Shown: one piece after another, positions 32,722 to 45,126 of the stretch
Position numbering within the stretch: the stretch's first letter is position 1
Layout of the letters: the number at the start of each line of letters is the position of its first letter
Source: Cirrosporium novae-zelandiae
Taxonomy: Eukaryota
DNA length: 64,000 nucleotides
Direction of reading: 5' to 3'
NCBI GenBank assembly: GCA_026023565.1
Contig: JAPETS010000024.1
Span: 62,001 to 126,000 of the forward strand
The notes under the pieces: model-generated
What the model saw: only the letters and a program-made list of their open reading frames with translations
The model's database searches: none
Told to the model about the DNA's origin: nothing
Made by a program: the position numbers and the translations under genes

Positions 32722-34365
32722 ATGCAATGTGAGTTTACTCAGAACAGTATATATACTGCCACAGCTGACTTGTGTCACCCAGCTCCAGCTTTTACCACTG
32801 TGCCCGTGCGACAGACGTTTGCTCGACCTTCATCACGGTCTAACGCCGACTACTCTTATTCATCGTATTCATCTTCCACTATGCCGCCATTATCATCAAA
32901 ACCAACCCCCAAACCCAAGACAGTTGTTGACTGGCCGCCCGAGGTTCGACAGTATGTACAGAGATCCTTTGCCCAGGACAATACGATAGCTGGGGTCAGC
33001 AGAGAAGAGATGGAGAAAAAATTGAAACAAGTTATAACTGAAGCAGCGGAAACTAACACGCTGTACGAAAAGCCCTGGGACAAGATGCCGCTACCTCAAG
33101 AAATGATTCAAAGCGAAAAGCAAAAGGCACTACTTGAACGTGTCGATAATCCATGGAAAAATAAGTTTGCTTCTTGGAGCATGACAGAATTGGCTCCGGT
33201 TCAACATACACCCACTGCGAAGAAGAGAAAATCTTCTGATGCAATCGTCCCTGTTGAAGCTGAAAAGCAACCCCCATGGCGACAAGCTAACAACCGTAAT
33301 ACTTTCGAGAGCCGTATTTCCTATGGTTCTTCACCCGACAAACGCCAACGCACCGATAATTCAGTAAAGAATACAAGTAAGTCATACAACAATCTCGAGA
33401 AACGGAAGAGGCGGTTCGAGAATGGACACAATAGTTTTCAGTCTCCCTATCAAAGTGGTTCAAGTCGAGATGATTCCCCTATGACAGACGCTGATCAAGG
33501 TCCGATTCTTGGTCGCTGCCAGACATTGGAGAAGAAATACTTCCGACTAACATCTGCCCCCAATCCTGATACTGTTCGTCCTTTGCCGGTCTTGAAGAAA
33601 ACTTTGGTGTTCTTGAAAGAGAAATGGTTGCAAGAACATAGCTACTCTTATATCTGTGACCAGTTTAAGTCGTTGCGTCAAGACCTTACAGTGCAGCATA
33701 TCAAGAATGAATTTACAGTGGAGGTTTACGAACTACACGCGAAGATTGCTTTGGAGAAGGGAGATTTGGGTGAGTATAATCAGTGTCAGACGCAGTTGAG
33801 GGCCCTTTATTCCCAGGAACTCGGCGGACACCCCATGGAATTTAAAGCGTATCGTATTCTATATTTCATTCATACCTGCAATCGAACCGACATGAACGAC
33901 GTATTGGCAGATCTAACCCCAGCAGACAAGATGGACCCTGCAGTAAAGCATGCGCTTAATGTACGGTCGGCTTTGGCACTAGGCGACTATCATACATTTT
34001 TCAAGTTATATCTTACTACCCCAAATTTGGGTGGATATCTGATTGATATGTTTGTTGAACGCGAGCGCTTGTCTGCTCTCTCAATCATGTGCAAAGCGTA
34101 AGTGAGCATCCGATTTCTGTCTTTGGATTTACTAACTGCCTATAGATATAAACTCGGTCATATTAAACTGAGATTCATTACAGAAGAGCTCGCGTTCGAA
34201 TCTGATCAGGAAACAGGAATATTTCTCCAAGAGCATGGAGCTGCTGAGGGCTTCCTAGAGCAGGAAGGGGACAATGTCTTCTTCCTGGCGGGCAAGTGCG
34301 GCGCTCTTTTCGAAGGTGCCAAAGCCGCGGCATTCAAGAGGGTCGACATCAAGGGTCAAATTTGA
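32722..34365 (+). CDS. THP3: SAC3/GANP/THP3 (LENG8-like) PCI-domain protein, probably 3 exons (32722-32728, 32783-34097, 34146-34365)
   Basis: GRCQTLEKKYFRLTSAP.P..VRP, YICDQFKSLRQDLTVQHI.NEFTV.VYE.HA.IALE.GDLGEYNQCQTQL, EFKAYRILY and a C-terminal VDIKGQI. Introns are canonical. Confidence 0.92.
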
Positions 34366-36321
34366 GTCCATCGTCTTTTGCCCAAATCGTTCCGTCATAT
34401 CTTATCTTCACGCCTACACTTCCCACATTTGCGAGCATTTTATCTACGACTTCTTCTTCTTTAGCTTGTATCTGTTTGCAGCATCTGCTGTGAGATCCAT
34501 TTATCTTCGTTTTCCGCCCCCGATTACATGCCAGAGATGGCTTCTACGGCAATCTTCTTTTCAACTTTACTAACTTCAGGGCGTTGGACTTGCCCACATG
34601 TTGGGACTGGCGGAGGGGATAGGCATTTTTGCTTTTGACCTGTTCTGGCGTCTCTAAGAACATTATCTACCGTGGTGGGTTATGGATGGTTCGCATGACA
34701 TGTTTCCTAGTTTCCACTAGGGATGGGCGTTAGATGGCGGTTTGCCAATGATGAATAATTATTTCCACTCGATAGAGGAAAGAGTCAAGATTAGTTTTGT
34801 TTGGATCAGCGGGGCCATGATTGATATATGATGGTTGTTTGATTGTTAATACTGTTGTTTCTCCGTCTTTCGTGGGTGGTCTCTGGGGTATTTGATCAAG
34901 TCGGCTTATTACTCTCTGTTGGTTGGTTGGTGACGAAGCCTAACACAGCGTAAGGCTAGAAATGCATGGCAAGTGGTCATGGACCGACCAAGGTAGGGTA
35001 CAGCTGATGTTCTCGAAACTTGGGGTAACCTACTAGGAATGGTGGAGATTAGCAATGATGAATTACCTAGGTACATAGTAAATAACAAGTGATGGGGGTT
35101 GATAATGCAGAATTTGACTTTGATTGTGTTGACTGGAAGGGCTGATTAGTACATTAGCGGTTCGTCCCATGTCATCAAAGATGACATGTTTAACTTGGAT
35201 CGAAGTTAAAAATGAGAAAAAGGATAAATAAGATGGTAAAGTTTGAATGATGCTGGGGGGGGGGGGTAATCAGGGTAATCAGGGTAATCGGTGGTACCAG
35301 TGTACCAACGTACCACGAGCAGAACAAGGAGAAACAAATGAAGATGATTCGTTATTGTATCTTCAAGGGGAAAGGTGGCATTCGCTAGTCAAAGCGGATT
35401 GTACTGCAAGGCGTTGGAACCTTGCATGATGAATGGGCGCATTGGAGGGGGCAGCTGAATGGAAACAAACTTGGCCATATTGAGTATTTGGCCTGGTAAT
35501 AATTGTTGGATTCGATTCATGTATTGAATATTACTACCAAGTATGTATGAATCTGGATACTTTCTAGACTATGGAAAAAAGTCTTCTCATCTGACTCCTT
35601 CCAACTTATCATTATTGAAAGTTTGCCGTCGAATCCAATCAATCATCAATCAATGACCCCCAAAAAGGACCCCCCTTCAGGCCTTCAAGCCCTCTCAAAG
35701 CCCTCAAAGCCCATAATTGCCCAAGCCCCACATTTCAAAGCCCACAAGGCTCCTACGGTTCCCTTCCATAAGTCCCATGGACTATAGTACCAGTACCCCG
35801 AAAACGCAACATTGATTTCGAACGAGTTGCCACTAAATAACGAACTCTACCAAATGCCCAGTCTGCCAACCTGAAATGCTAACCCGACTAACCAACAAAC
35901 TCCTGACTACCTTTGCTTGAACACCAGATTCTCTTTATCGATAATACTTGTTCTGGAAAGAAAAAAAAAAAAAGAAAAAAAAAAAGGTCTTTTGTCGTCC
36001 ATAACTAGCAATTGGCTCAACCTCTTTGAGCCCTTTGTCGCCGACTTTCCCTCGTCCCAATTCTTTGCCATTGTCTCAGATAAACCCCCTCCTTCTACCG
36101 ATTTCTTTCCGCGCAAATCTGGGTGTCTGGCCACCGTTAAGCCTCAACGCTCTTTCATCACCACAAGGCTGACAAGTACCCTCAATAATCTCAATAATAT
36201 ACAAAAAGTACACCGTCAACTTCCTGCCGAGGAAAATCCCCACAATCGTTTAATTTTCATCGGATAAGCCAATCCGACACAGACATTTGCGCCGACCCTC
36301 GTCGTGGCCAATCTGCGAAAG

Positions 36322-38349
36322 ATGAAGGTAGATAGTAACCTCCTTCTATATTGCTTCCGGGCTAACGCGCTCGAGTAGGCTATTCGAAGGTCCATGAAGG
36401 GGGAAAGGGCGGACTCGAGAATGCATCATATTTCAATCACCCCAAAGTCCGCCATCGCCATCGTTCCTCCAAAGAAGGTAATGCATAAACTCTACTATAC
36501 TGGCGCTTAAGCCTCAGTGCCGAGCCCCCGACTAATTGCCCTGACAACAGGTCATTAAAGCACTTTATGATTACCAGCCCGATCCCCAAAATACCCATGA
36601 ATTAGCCTTCAATAAAGGAGATTTTTTCCATGTAATCAGCCGCGAAGACGATCCTGATTGGTACGAAGCTTGCAACCCTCTGATCCCGACCGCCCGCGGA
36701 CTAGTTCCCGTGACCTTTTTCGAAGTAATTGGCAAACAAGAAAGACAAAGTGGCGGATCGACCTCATCTGGAAAAAGTTCTGGCATGCCTGGTCACGATT
36801 CTGGTTATGCTGAGAGGGCACATGGGAGGACAGAGTCAACCACTTCCAAGGTAGGAGGAGCACACAACAGAATGTCTAGCATGGGTAGATCCGGGGCGAT
36901 GGTGTATGGGATGGTGCAATATGATTTCAATGCAGAGAGGCCCGATGAATTGGAAGCAAAGGCAGGCGAAGCAATCATTGTCATAGCCCAGTCCAACCCG
37001 GACTGGTTTGTTGCGAAACCAATCGGTCGCTTAGGAGGTCCCGGCCTCATACCGGTCGCTTTTGTGGAAATCCGTGATATGACAACCGGACAACCTGTTA
37101 CTGATGCCAGTGATGCTGTCCGAAGGGCTGGAGTTCCCAGAGTAGAGGAATGGAAGAAAATGACGGCCGATTACAAAAATAGCAGCATCTCACTTGGCAA
37201 CTTTGAGTCTACAGGCACAAGCACCCAATCAGTAACCCAGGGTGTGGAGCGGATGAGCGTGAGCAATGGAGGACAACAGCAGTCTACCGGCCAACGATCG
37301 AATGGATATGTGAGTTGAGTTATTATTTTGTCAGAAAGCAGAACTAACCAGATCGCCAGACCCAATCTTACCACCAGCGAAATGCCAGCAAAACCCAGTA
37401 CCAACAAGCTCAACAAGAGCCTCCTTCCAGGCAGTCCGATCCAGTCCTTGCTGCACCCATTTCCGCATCGATCCCTCGTTACTGTTTTGATAATGACAAA
37501 TACTGGTACATAATTGAAGTAGAGATGGCCGATGGCAGGTGGTGGGAACTGGCAAGATATTATCAAGATTTTTATGATTTCCAACTGACCCTTCTCGAAA
37601 AATTTCCTGATGAGGCCGGTAACCGTGGGAAACAACGAAGTCTACCTTTTATGCCTGGGCCTGTTCCATACGTAACTGATGCTATATCGGATGGACGAAG
37701 GCAAAGTTTGGATGAATACCTCAAGAAGCTACTTGGGATGCCCCCGTACATATCACAGTGCCAGCTCGTGCGTGAACTTTTTGCCCCTCGAGAAGGCGAT
37801 TTCGAGATTGATCCAAATGCACCAACGGATGATTACAGGCTATCGGGCGCATCTCAACAATCTGCACCAGACGTATCACGTACTGTATCGCAGCAATCAT
37901 CGCAAGGCCAACTAGATGGTAGCCCAGCATACTCATCCCCCTCGAAACCAGGCTCCATACATGCTGGCCATCAACGTGCACAGTCATCTGTGACGGCAGG
38001 AGTTGGACAACAGTATCGCAATCAGCCAGATCTACGTCCAACAATAATGAACCGACAAGCAAGCTCATTGACACAAGGCTCTAACAATTCTAGTGTAGCA
38101 GCTGGAAGTGGAGCACTGAAGATCAAAGTTGCCTTTCAGGATGACATTATTGCTATTCGGGTGCCTGGTGACATTACCTATTCTCAACTAAGGGAGAAGC
38201 TGAAGGATCGTCTGAAGCTTAATGAGGAGATTATGATTCAATACAAAGACGATCCCAGCAACTGCTATCCGGAAATGATCAGTGACAATGACCTGGATAT
38301 GGCTTTGAAAAGAAACCCGAAATTACAGCTTGTTGTCAATTATACTTGA
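36322..38349 (+). CDS. BEM1: Polarity scaffold Bem1/Scd2 (SH3-SH3-PX-PB1), 4 exons (36322-36327, 36379-36477, 36551-37309, 37360-38349)
   Basis: MKAIRRSMKG..PPKKVIKALYDY..ELAF.KGDFFHV (SH3-1), YDFNAERPDEL..WFVAKPIGRLGGPGLIPV (SH3-2), PX (RYYQDFYDFQ..LL..FP.EAG...R.LPFMPGPV) and PB1 (KIKV.FQDDIIAIRVP). Confidence 0.97.
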
Positions 38350-39221
38350 ATTCGATACAAATATTTTTTGGAACACCACGACTGGATAAAGTTAAAACAA
38401 TATACCCAGTTTTGGAAGGATATGCGACTGTTTGAAGTGTTCCTCACACATCCTCCGATGATTTTTTTTAATTTTCTTTGGCTCACCTCTCAAAAGACGG
38501 GAGCAGCGGCATTGTTGTAGGGCCAAGCTATGTTATGCGTGCATGGTGTCGGAGGCTTTTTTTGGGGCAAGAGGGCGTTTCATGATAACGGCTTCAAGGA
38601 AACATGATTCAAGACGGTAGAAGATGAGGTGTTTTTATTTTGTTGTTGTTTTCTACTTTGTAGGTAATTCCCATTCGCGGCCAATACATGGTCTCAGTAT
38701 ATTATTTGTTTATGTTAGCTGGTCAAGCAGCAAGGTGGCGTACTTGTTCAATGATATTGTTCAATCACATTATACACTGTGGAGATCGATATTTTCCTTG
38801 TCATGTTTTTTGAACCAAAGTAGATATGGATATTTGCCCCATAAAAAGGACCGAGGTGTAAGAAAAAGCCAAGATATTCTACCAATCAGAGGTGAAGTGC
38901 AAGCCGACCTCGGCAAAGAATTGACAGCTTCCGAACCCGGGATGGTCCTGGTCATCAAAGGTCATTTCGGTCATGCCGGAACGAAAACAGTATCTGAGGG
39001 TCTGGTGGTTAACAACTTGACCGCGTTAACATTTGGTCGTGTGCTTTTGTTTTTTGGTTCTTTATCCTTATCATGAAAAGGCGGAAAGATCAGGTAGATT
39101 ATATATTTTCAAGTGCTTCTCCTCCACCATGATAAAGTTGAGAACATGTTCGCGCATAGGCGCAGATGTCTTGGCTGAAGTCAGTGTCATACCTCGAGAT
39201 GCGACCATATCAAGGCCAGGA

Positions 39222-41060
39222 ATGCGCACTCTGGTCTGCTCTGATTGCAGGCGCAGATTTAGTCCAGCAAAGTCCTCGCCAAGACGATTCCGACGCTTCT
39301 CCTGCGTTCCGGCACAGCGGGCCGGGTTGAAACTGGCAAAACTGGCAGCCATTGCGGGTATTCCGGGCATCAACAGATCATCCGGGTCGTGTCTGGCAAG
39401 CATCCAGAAGCATGGCTTGGCTACCGTAGCTCTTGCTCCAGACAGTATGAAGCAGTTGTCCTCTCAATCTCTTGGCAAACAGAAGAAATCTTGACGCTTA
39501 TCTGCAGGACCTAAGACGCAAACGAAGAGATCCAAGGGTCCTTTGGACGAGTATGGCGAACGGGTGGAGGGTGGCAGGTTGAGAGATGATGAACATCAGA
39601 GGAGTCTGTCTTATTTTCTCCTCGAACTTTTTGGGAGGTGCAAGCAGGCTGATCAATTTGCTGTTTTGTAGCCATTGTTCAGAACCTCCAAGATCTCCAT
39701 GACATGTTGAAAGAATACAGTCCCCCCAAGGTCGTTCATCCTGCCATAGAATCCCTACGACCACCCCCAAAATCCTTCCTGGGGTCTTGGTTTCAACGGG
39801 GATCTCCGAAAGATGCCCACACGAAGATACCAGCCAATCTGCCCAGAGGACTGTACATGTATGGAGATGTAGGTAGCGGAAAGACAATGCTGATGGATAT
39901 CTTCTACGACACCCTGCCACGAAACATTACTTCCAAGACTCGAGTTCATTTCCATAATTTTATGCAAGATGTTCACAAGCAATTGCATGTCTTGAGAAGT
40001 AAATATGGCGTTGACTTTGATGCGGTTCCATTCGTAGCAGCCGACATGGCGGAACGAGGAAGCGTCCTCTGCTTTGATGAATTTCAATGCACTGATGTCG
40101 CAGATGCCATGATCCTCCGCAGGTACAAAATTACTAGGATCCCTCTTTTTTTAATTATAATATGCTTAAGCTCAACCGCACAGACTTCTTGAGAATCTCA
40201 TGTCCCACGGGGTAGTGCTCGTCACAACTTCCAACCGCCACCCGACGGAGCTCTACAAAAATGGCATCCAGCGCCAATCCTTCATCCCCTGCATCAATCT
40301 CCTCCTCAACCGCCTCCGGGTCCTAAACCTCGACTCTCAAACCGACTACCGCAAGATCCCGCGACCCCCATCGGGGGTATACCACCACCCACTGGACAAA
40401 GCCGCAATCTCGCACGCCGACAAATGGTTCCGCTTCCTGGGTTCCCCCGAAGCCGATCCACCGCACCCGCAAACCCTCCGAGTATGGGGTCGCGATCTGC
40501 ACGTCCCGCTAGCAAGCGGCTCGGCAGCACGGTTCACATTCGACCAGCTCATCGGGCGCGCCATGGGCGCAGGCGACTACCTCGAACTCGTGCGAGCCTT
40601 TGACGCCTTCGTCGTAACTGACGTCCCCGGAATGGACCACCGAAGCCGAGATCTCGCCCGAAGATTCATCACCTTCATCGACGCCGTATACGAATCCCGC
40701 GCAAAACTAGTCCTCACCACCGCATCACCCTTATACGAGCTCTTCACCTCCCACCAGGAACTCGCAGACGCCATGGGCAACAAAAACAACTCCGAGCAAC
40801 ACGACGAGGGTGGGGAGATCGATGCCGAGATGAGACATCTGATGGATGATTTGGGGTTGACGATGGGTGCGCTCAAGGAATCGAGTATGTTTACGGGAGA
40901 TGAGGAGAGGTTTGCGTTTGCAAGGGCGTTGAGTAGATTGGCGGAAATGGGGAGTAGGGAGTGGGTGGAGAGGGGGTTGGGGTTGGAGGAGATGGGGGGG
41001 AAGGGGGAGAAGGATGGGTGGATGAAGGTTAGGAGTAAGTGGAAGGAGGATAGTATGTGA
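39222..41060 (+). CDS. AFG1: Mitochondrial AFG1/LACE1-family ATPase, 4 exons (introns 39445-39507, 39604-39671, 40123-40183)
   Basis: Arg-rich presequence, PRGLYMYGDVGSGKTMLMD (Walker A), RVHFHNFM, VLCFDEFQCTDVADAMIL (Walker B), TSNRHP.ELY.NGIQR, ARRFITFIDAVY and DEERFAF.RALSRL.EM. Confidence 0.95.
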
Positions 41061-41390
41061 TGGGCTGGAGAGGGGGTTTGTTGTTGTTGTTGTTGTTGTT
41101 GGTTTTTGATCATACGTACGTACGCTGTTTGGATTCGCATAACCTTGGTGGAAGAAAGTTTGTTCGTTGTTGTTGTTGATACCATTACCATTGGAAATAC
41201 ACACAATGCATAACATCAATATCAATACCAACCAATAATTACAACAGAACCTTATTTCTTAATTAGACTAGCTATCCATATTTCTTCCTTAATTACCACT
41301 TATCCCCCCCCCCCCCTTATCCTTCCCAAAACCCAACTCAACCACAACAATCTCACCCCCAAAAATAAAAAAAAAGAGAAAGAGGAAAGG

Positions 41391-41996
41391 ATGGGTTGTA
41401 CGCCCTCAAAACCAACATCAAAACACAAACACAAGTCCAGATACGAGTCTAAATATCCAACCTCACTTCCCCCGATACCTCTCTACCATAGCGCTCACAC
41501 CCGCCATAGTACTCACCATAGCGCCCATACCCATCACACCAATCACAGTACCAGCCATCACACTCACAACAACAACCACAAAACCGCATCTTCCTGGCCC
41601 TCGTTCTCTCAGAATCCAATTTCAGGGTTGAATTCTAGATCTTCGCATCACCATAGCCATCGTAGTGGTCATAGTCACCACCATCCGACATCCCCACCAG
41701 CACTACCACTAGTATCACCAGCCCTTGCCACAGCCATGGCTACAGCTATGCCCAACCCTCACTCCCATCCCCTCTCCTCCCACCCCTACTCCCATCTACC
41801 TAACCCCTTCTCCTCCTCACCCTTTTCCCCCTCACCCTTTTCCCCACCCCCATCCGCACTTCCACTCGCATTCACAGGCACACCAGGCGAAGGATTTTTC
41901 GATGGCGAGAATCTGAGAAATCGATGGGCTATGCGGAAAGTTACTGCGGGTGCGGGGTTTGGAGGGAAGGCTGCGTTGAGGCGGTTTGGGTTGTGA
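41391..41996 (+). CDS. Hypothetical 201-aa His/Ser/Pro-rich protein with N-terminal MGC..S motif
   Basis: Single ATG ORF in a purine-rich start context, beginning MGCTPSK. No recognisable domain. The low-complexity composition lowers confidence. Confidence 0.5.
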   Translation: MGCTPSKPTSKHKHKSRYESKYPTSLPPIPLYHSAHTRHSTHHSAHTHHTNHSTSHHTHNNNHKTASSWPSFSQNPISGLNSRSSHHHSHRSGHSHHHPTSPPALPLVSPALATAMATAMPNPHSHPLSSHPYSHLPNPFSSSPFSPSPFSPPPSALPLAFTGTPGEGFFDGENLRNRWAMRKVTAGAGFGGKAALRRFGL

Positions 41997-42150
41997 GATG
42001 TAGAAAATGGAGAGGTAGGAGGGGTGGAAAAGGGTGGAAGGGGAGGAGGGGAGGAGAGGAGAGGAGATAATAGGATAGGATAGAAATAATGAATTAATGA
42101 ATAATTGAGGCGGTTTGGGATTGTGAGGTGTAGAAAATGGGGAGGATAGG
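41976..42150. repeat. ~45-bp direct repeat spanning the orphan ORF stop codon
   Basis: ttgaggcggtttgggttgtgagatgtagaaaatggagagg (41976-) versus ttgaggcggtttgggattgtgaggtgtagaaaatggggagg (42105-). Confidence 0.85.
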
Positions 42151-42600
42151 GATTAGGGGTTTCTTATCATGGTCATGATTATAGTCATGTTGCGAGATTG
42201 TGAGATTGTGAGTGGTAATAGAAAAAGGATAGGAGTTATATGGTCATGTTTTGATATAAAATAAATGAGGGAGAACACCTACATACGTACAGTACTGTAA
42301 TAATGAGGGGGTATAGAGAGTTTATAAAAAAAAGAAGAAAGAAAGCTGAAAATTGAAAATGCGTTTCTCCCAAACCGACCAAATAACTCCGACCGACTCC
42401 TTTATCGCCGCCCCCTCCCATCATATAATGCATATGAAATAAGTTTAATAAGAACAATCCCCAAGCGCCCCCAAGAGCCCCCCCATATCCTAATTCCTGA
42501 ATATTAACAACGCCGTGCCCCCCTATGAAAATAATTCGTTTCTTGTGTCTTTCAGGATGGATGTTCGATCTGTTCCAGGCATATACTTAATTATGTATGG

Positions 42601-45126
42601 TCAGAGTTGTATCATCACCGTCGCGCCATTCGTATATTCAACCTCCACGTATCTCGTAGACCGTCTTGGGATACTGATAGCTGCTGATCCGATCTCCTCG
42701 TCTTCCGCTTCTATCGTCGGACTCGAAGAAGGTAAAGCCGGCGTCAACGGTGCAGGTTGAATCTCATCATCCTGATGTGGAACCCCCCGGTCGCCCTCGC
42801 GCTCAAGTAGTCTCAAAGCTATGGCAACAACCTCGGCAGTGGCATTCCCCTCTTCCAGCAATTGTTCTTCTAGCGAATCCATCATCTCCTCTCGTTCCTG
42901 GCTGAGCAAATCAAACCAGTGCCTGTCGGCCCAGATGCCCCTTCCAATCTCCCATTTCCTTTGCATCTCTCTCATCTTGTCGTCCTCTCTGTCCATGTTC
43001 ATTCTAGCTTCCATTTCCTCGGCTGCCATGTTGTGGGTGGTTTTCATTGCCTCAAGTTCAGCTTTCTGGGTTTGGAGTTCCAGGTCCTTTTCTAGTGAGT
43101 GGGCTTTGCGAACCTTGTCCATCATGCGCTCCTCTCGCTGCTCGCGGTTAGGGGCGTCGCGAAGATAGGTACGTACGCCGAGATAGTAGTCATCCTGTTC
43201 GAGTTCATGCCGGGCAATGAGAGCTTTGATGCTCTCTTCATGCTTTGCTTTCTGTTGCTTGAGCGCTTTGTATTGCTCATGACGGGTGGATGCAACTTTG
43301 AGCTTCATATGAGCTTCGAAGCGAAGACGGCTAGAGTTGACATCTCGAGCCCAGGAATCTCGTTCATGGCTATGTCGATATTCCATCATGTCTCGTTGTG
43401 TAATCTTTAATTTTGCCCACTCGGCTCGCACCTGTTTTACTCGCTCCACTATATTGCGCCGACGTTCTGCTTCCCTGCGAGCGGCTTGCGCTTCCTGTCT
43501 TTGTGCTTCGGCCTCTACTTCTCGGCGTCGGTGACGATCGTCACGCTCTTGCTGCAGCCTTTCCCGGCGTTCCACGGCCTCAACTTGTTGAATTGCCGCT
43601 GCAATCTCGGCTTGCTCTTGTATTTGTTCGCGCTGGCGTTCCATGCGCTGTTCGAGCAGACGCCCGTTTCGGTTGTAAAGGTCATCCTGAGTACATGCAC
43701 AAGTGTGCCAGGTCGCTCCGCAAACGTAGCTATATAGACCATCAATAAAAAAAACAAAAAAAAGTCAGCATTCTTACCAGAATTCCGCTCCACATTTGCA
43801 GGTCATATGATGGCAACCCTGAGTAAGTTCAACGAGGGCTCGACAACGGATACATCTTCTCCAACCTTGACGTTCTGCTTCTTCCAATGTGGCGTTGAGC
43901 CCAAAATCTTCCGGGCAATCTTCGTCGCCTGGATGAGCTTCACCACGGCAAATTGTGCAAATTGTAAACTTGCAATGAGGACATCGGAAATTGCGGCACA
44001 GTTTGTCGACCTTTTTTGACTTGATCCATTTTCCGCAGGCAGGTGATGGGCAGTACCAACGGTTATCGGGACGTTCTGCGTACTCCAGAGCTTTTTGTTT
44101 GAAGCGATCCCTAATGCTCTGTGGCAGATTGTGGTATATTGTCTTTACCGGTATCTGTTGCAAACAGCATTTGGGAGGGAAGAGGTTTTCGTTTTGAAGT
44201 GCCGTAGAGACCAATTGAGGGAAGCATTTACTACAATATTTGTGTTGACAAGCAAGAGAAACCAACTTTCTATTTGACAGTTCATCGAAACAACTGGCGC
44301 ATTCACTAGACAGGATATGAATAATAAATTCACAACTTCCTAACAACTTTGATACTCACCTCAAGGGTTTTGCTGTTCTCTCCTTCCATTTCTTCTTCAA
44401 AACAGCACTTTTATTTTTCAAATTCTTGTCCGCCTGGAAAAATAATTGCGACCATGGTGCTACTCTTTTCGCTGACGTTGGCGAAAAGATTGCCGAGTCG
44501 ATAGAGCTCATTGAAGTTTTTGGGGTGTGGTTGGAGGTTCCCTGGGAAGAGACCGATGTGCTAGAGCTAAGCTGTTCGAGCGGGGACACCAAACTACTGC
44601 TTGATGAACCATTTTCGAACACATGTTGTGCGACATTTGGAATTTGGAGCGACAAGTTTGGTGAAGTGTTACTCGATTGAACAACGTCAGTCTCATGGGT
44701 CGCCGCCAATTCATTGATCGATCCGATTGACGGAGAAGCATTGAGAACATCATATTTCATAAAAGATTCTCTCAATATGACCTGAAGATCCTGACTAGTT
44801 CCTGCTTGAGCTAGTGTTACTTCTCGAGGAATCGATTCTGATCTCCACTCGTCATTTACGAAATCATTTTCCTCAATTCCTTCCACTCCAATAGCACCCC
44901 ATTTCTGTATCTTATCGGCTCTGTTTATTGTATTTTTTTGCTGGCCTTGTTCATCTTGATGATCACGGTTAGAGTCGACAGATATTGGGTTGTCGGTATG
45001 TATTTTGTTAGGATGCATTGGTTCGCTAGCAATTATTTCTTGTTGTTCCATGGTGTTGGACACTTGGTTAGCATGGGCAGAGTTGAGATGGGTCTCGCTT
45101 TCCTGAAGAGGGGTGGGTGAACGCAT
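42601..45126 (-). CDS. RBR (RING1-IBR-RING2) E3 ubiquitin ligase with C-terminal coiled coil, 3 exons (45126-44360, 44305-43778, 43729-42601); start uncertain
   Basis: CASCFD..CQHKYCSKC..FPPKCC (RING1), YCPSPACG..CPHC..ICTICRGEAH...DC (IBR), RRCIRCRALVELTQGCHHMTCKCGAEFCYVCGATWHTCAC (RING2, joined across an intron), then an E/R/Q-rich helical tail. Confidence 0.92.
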
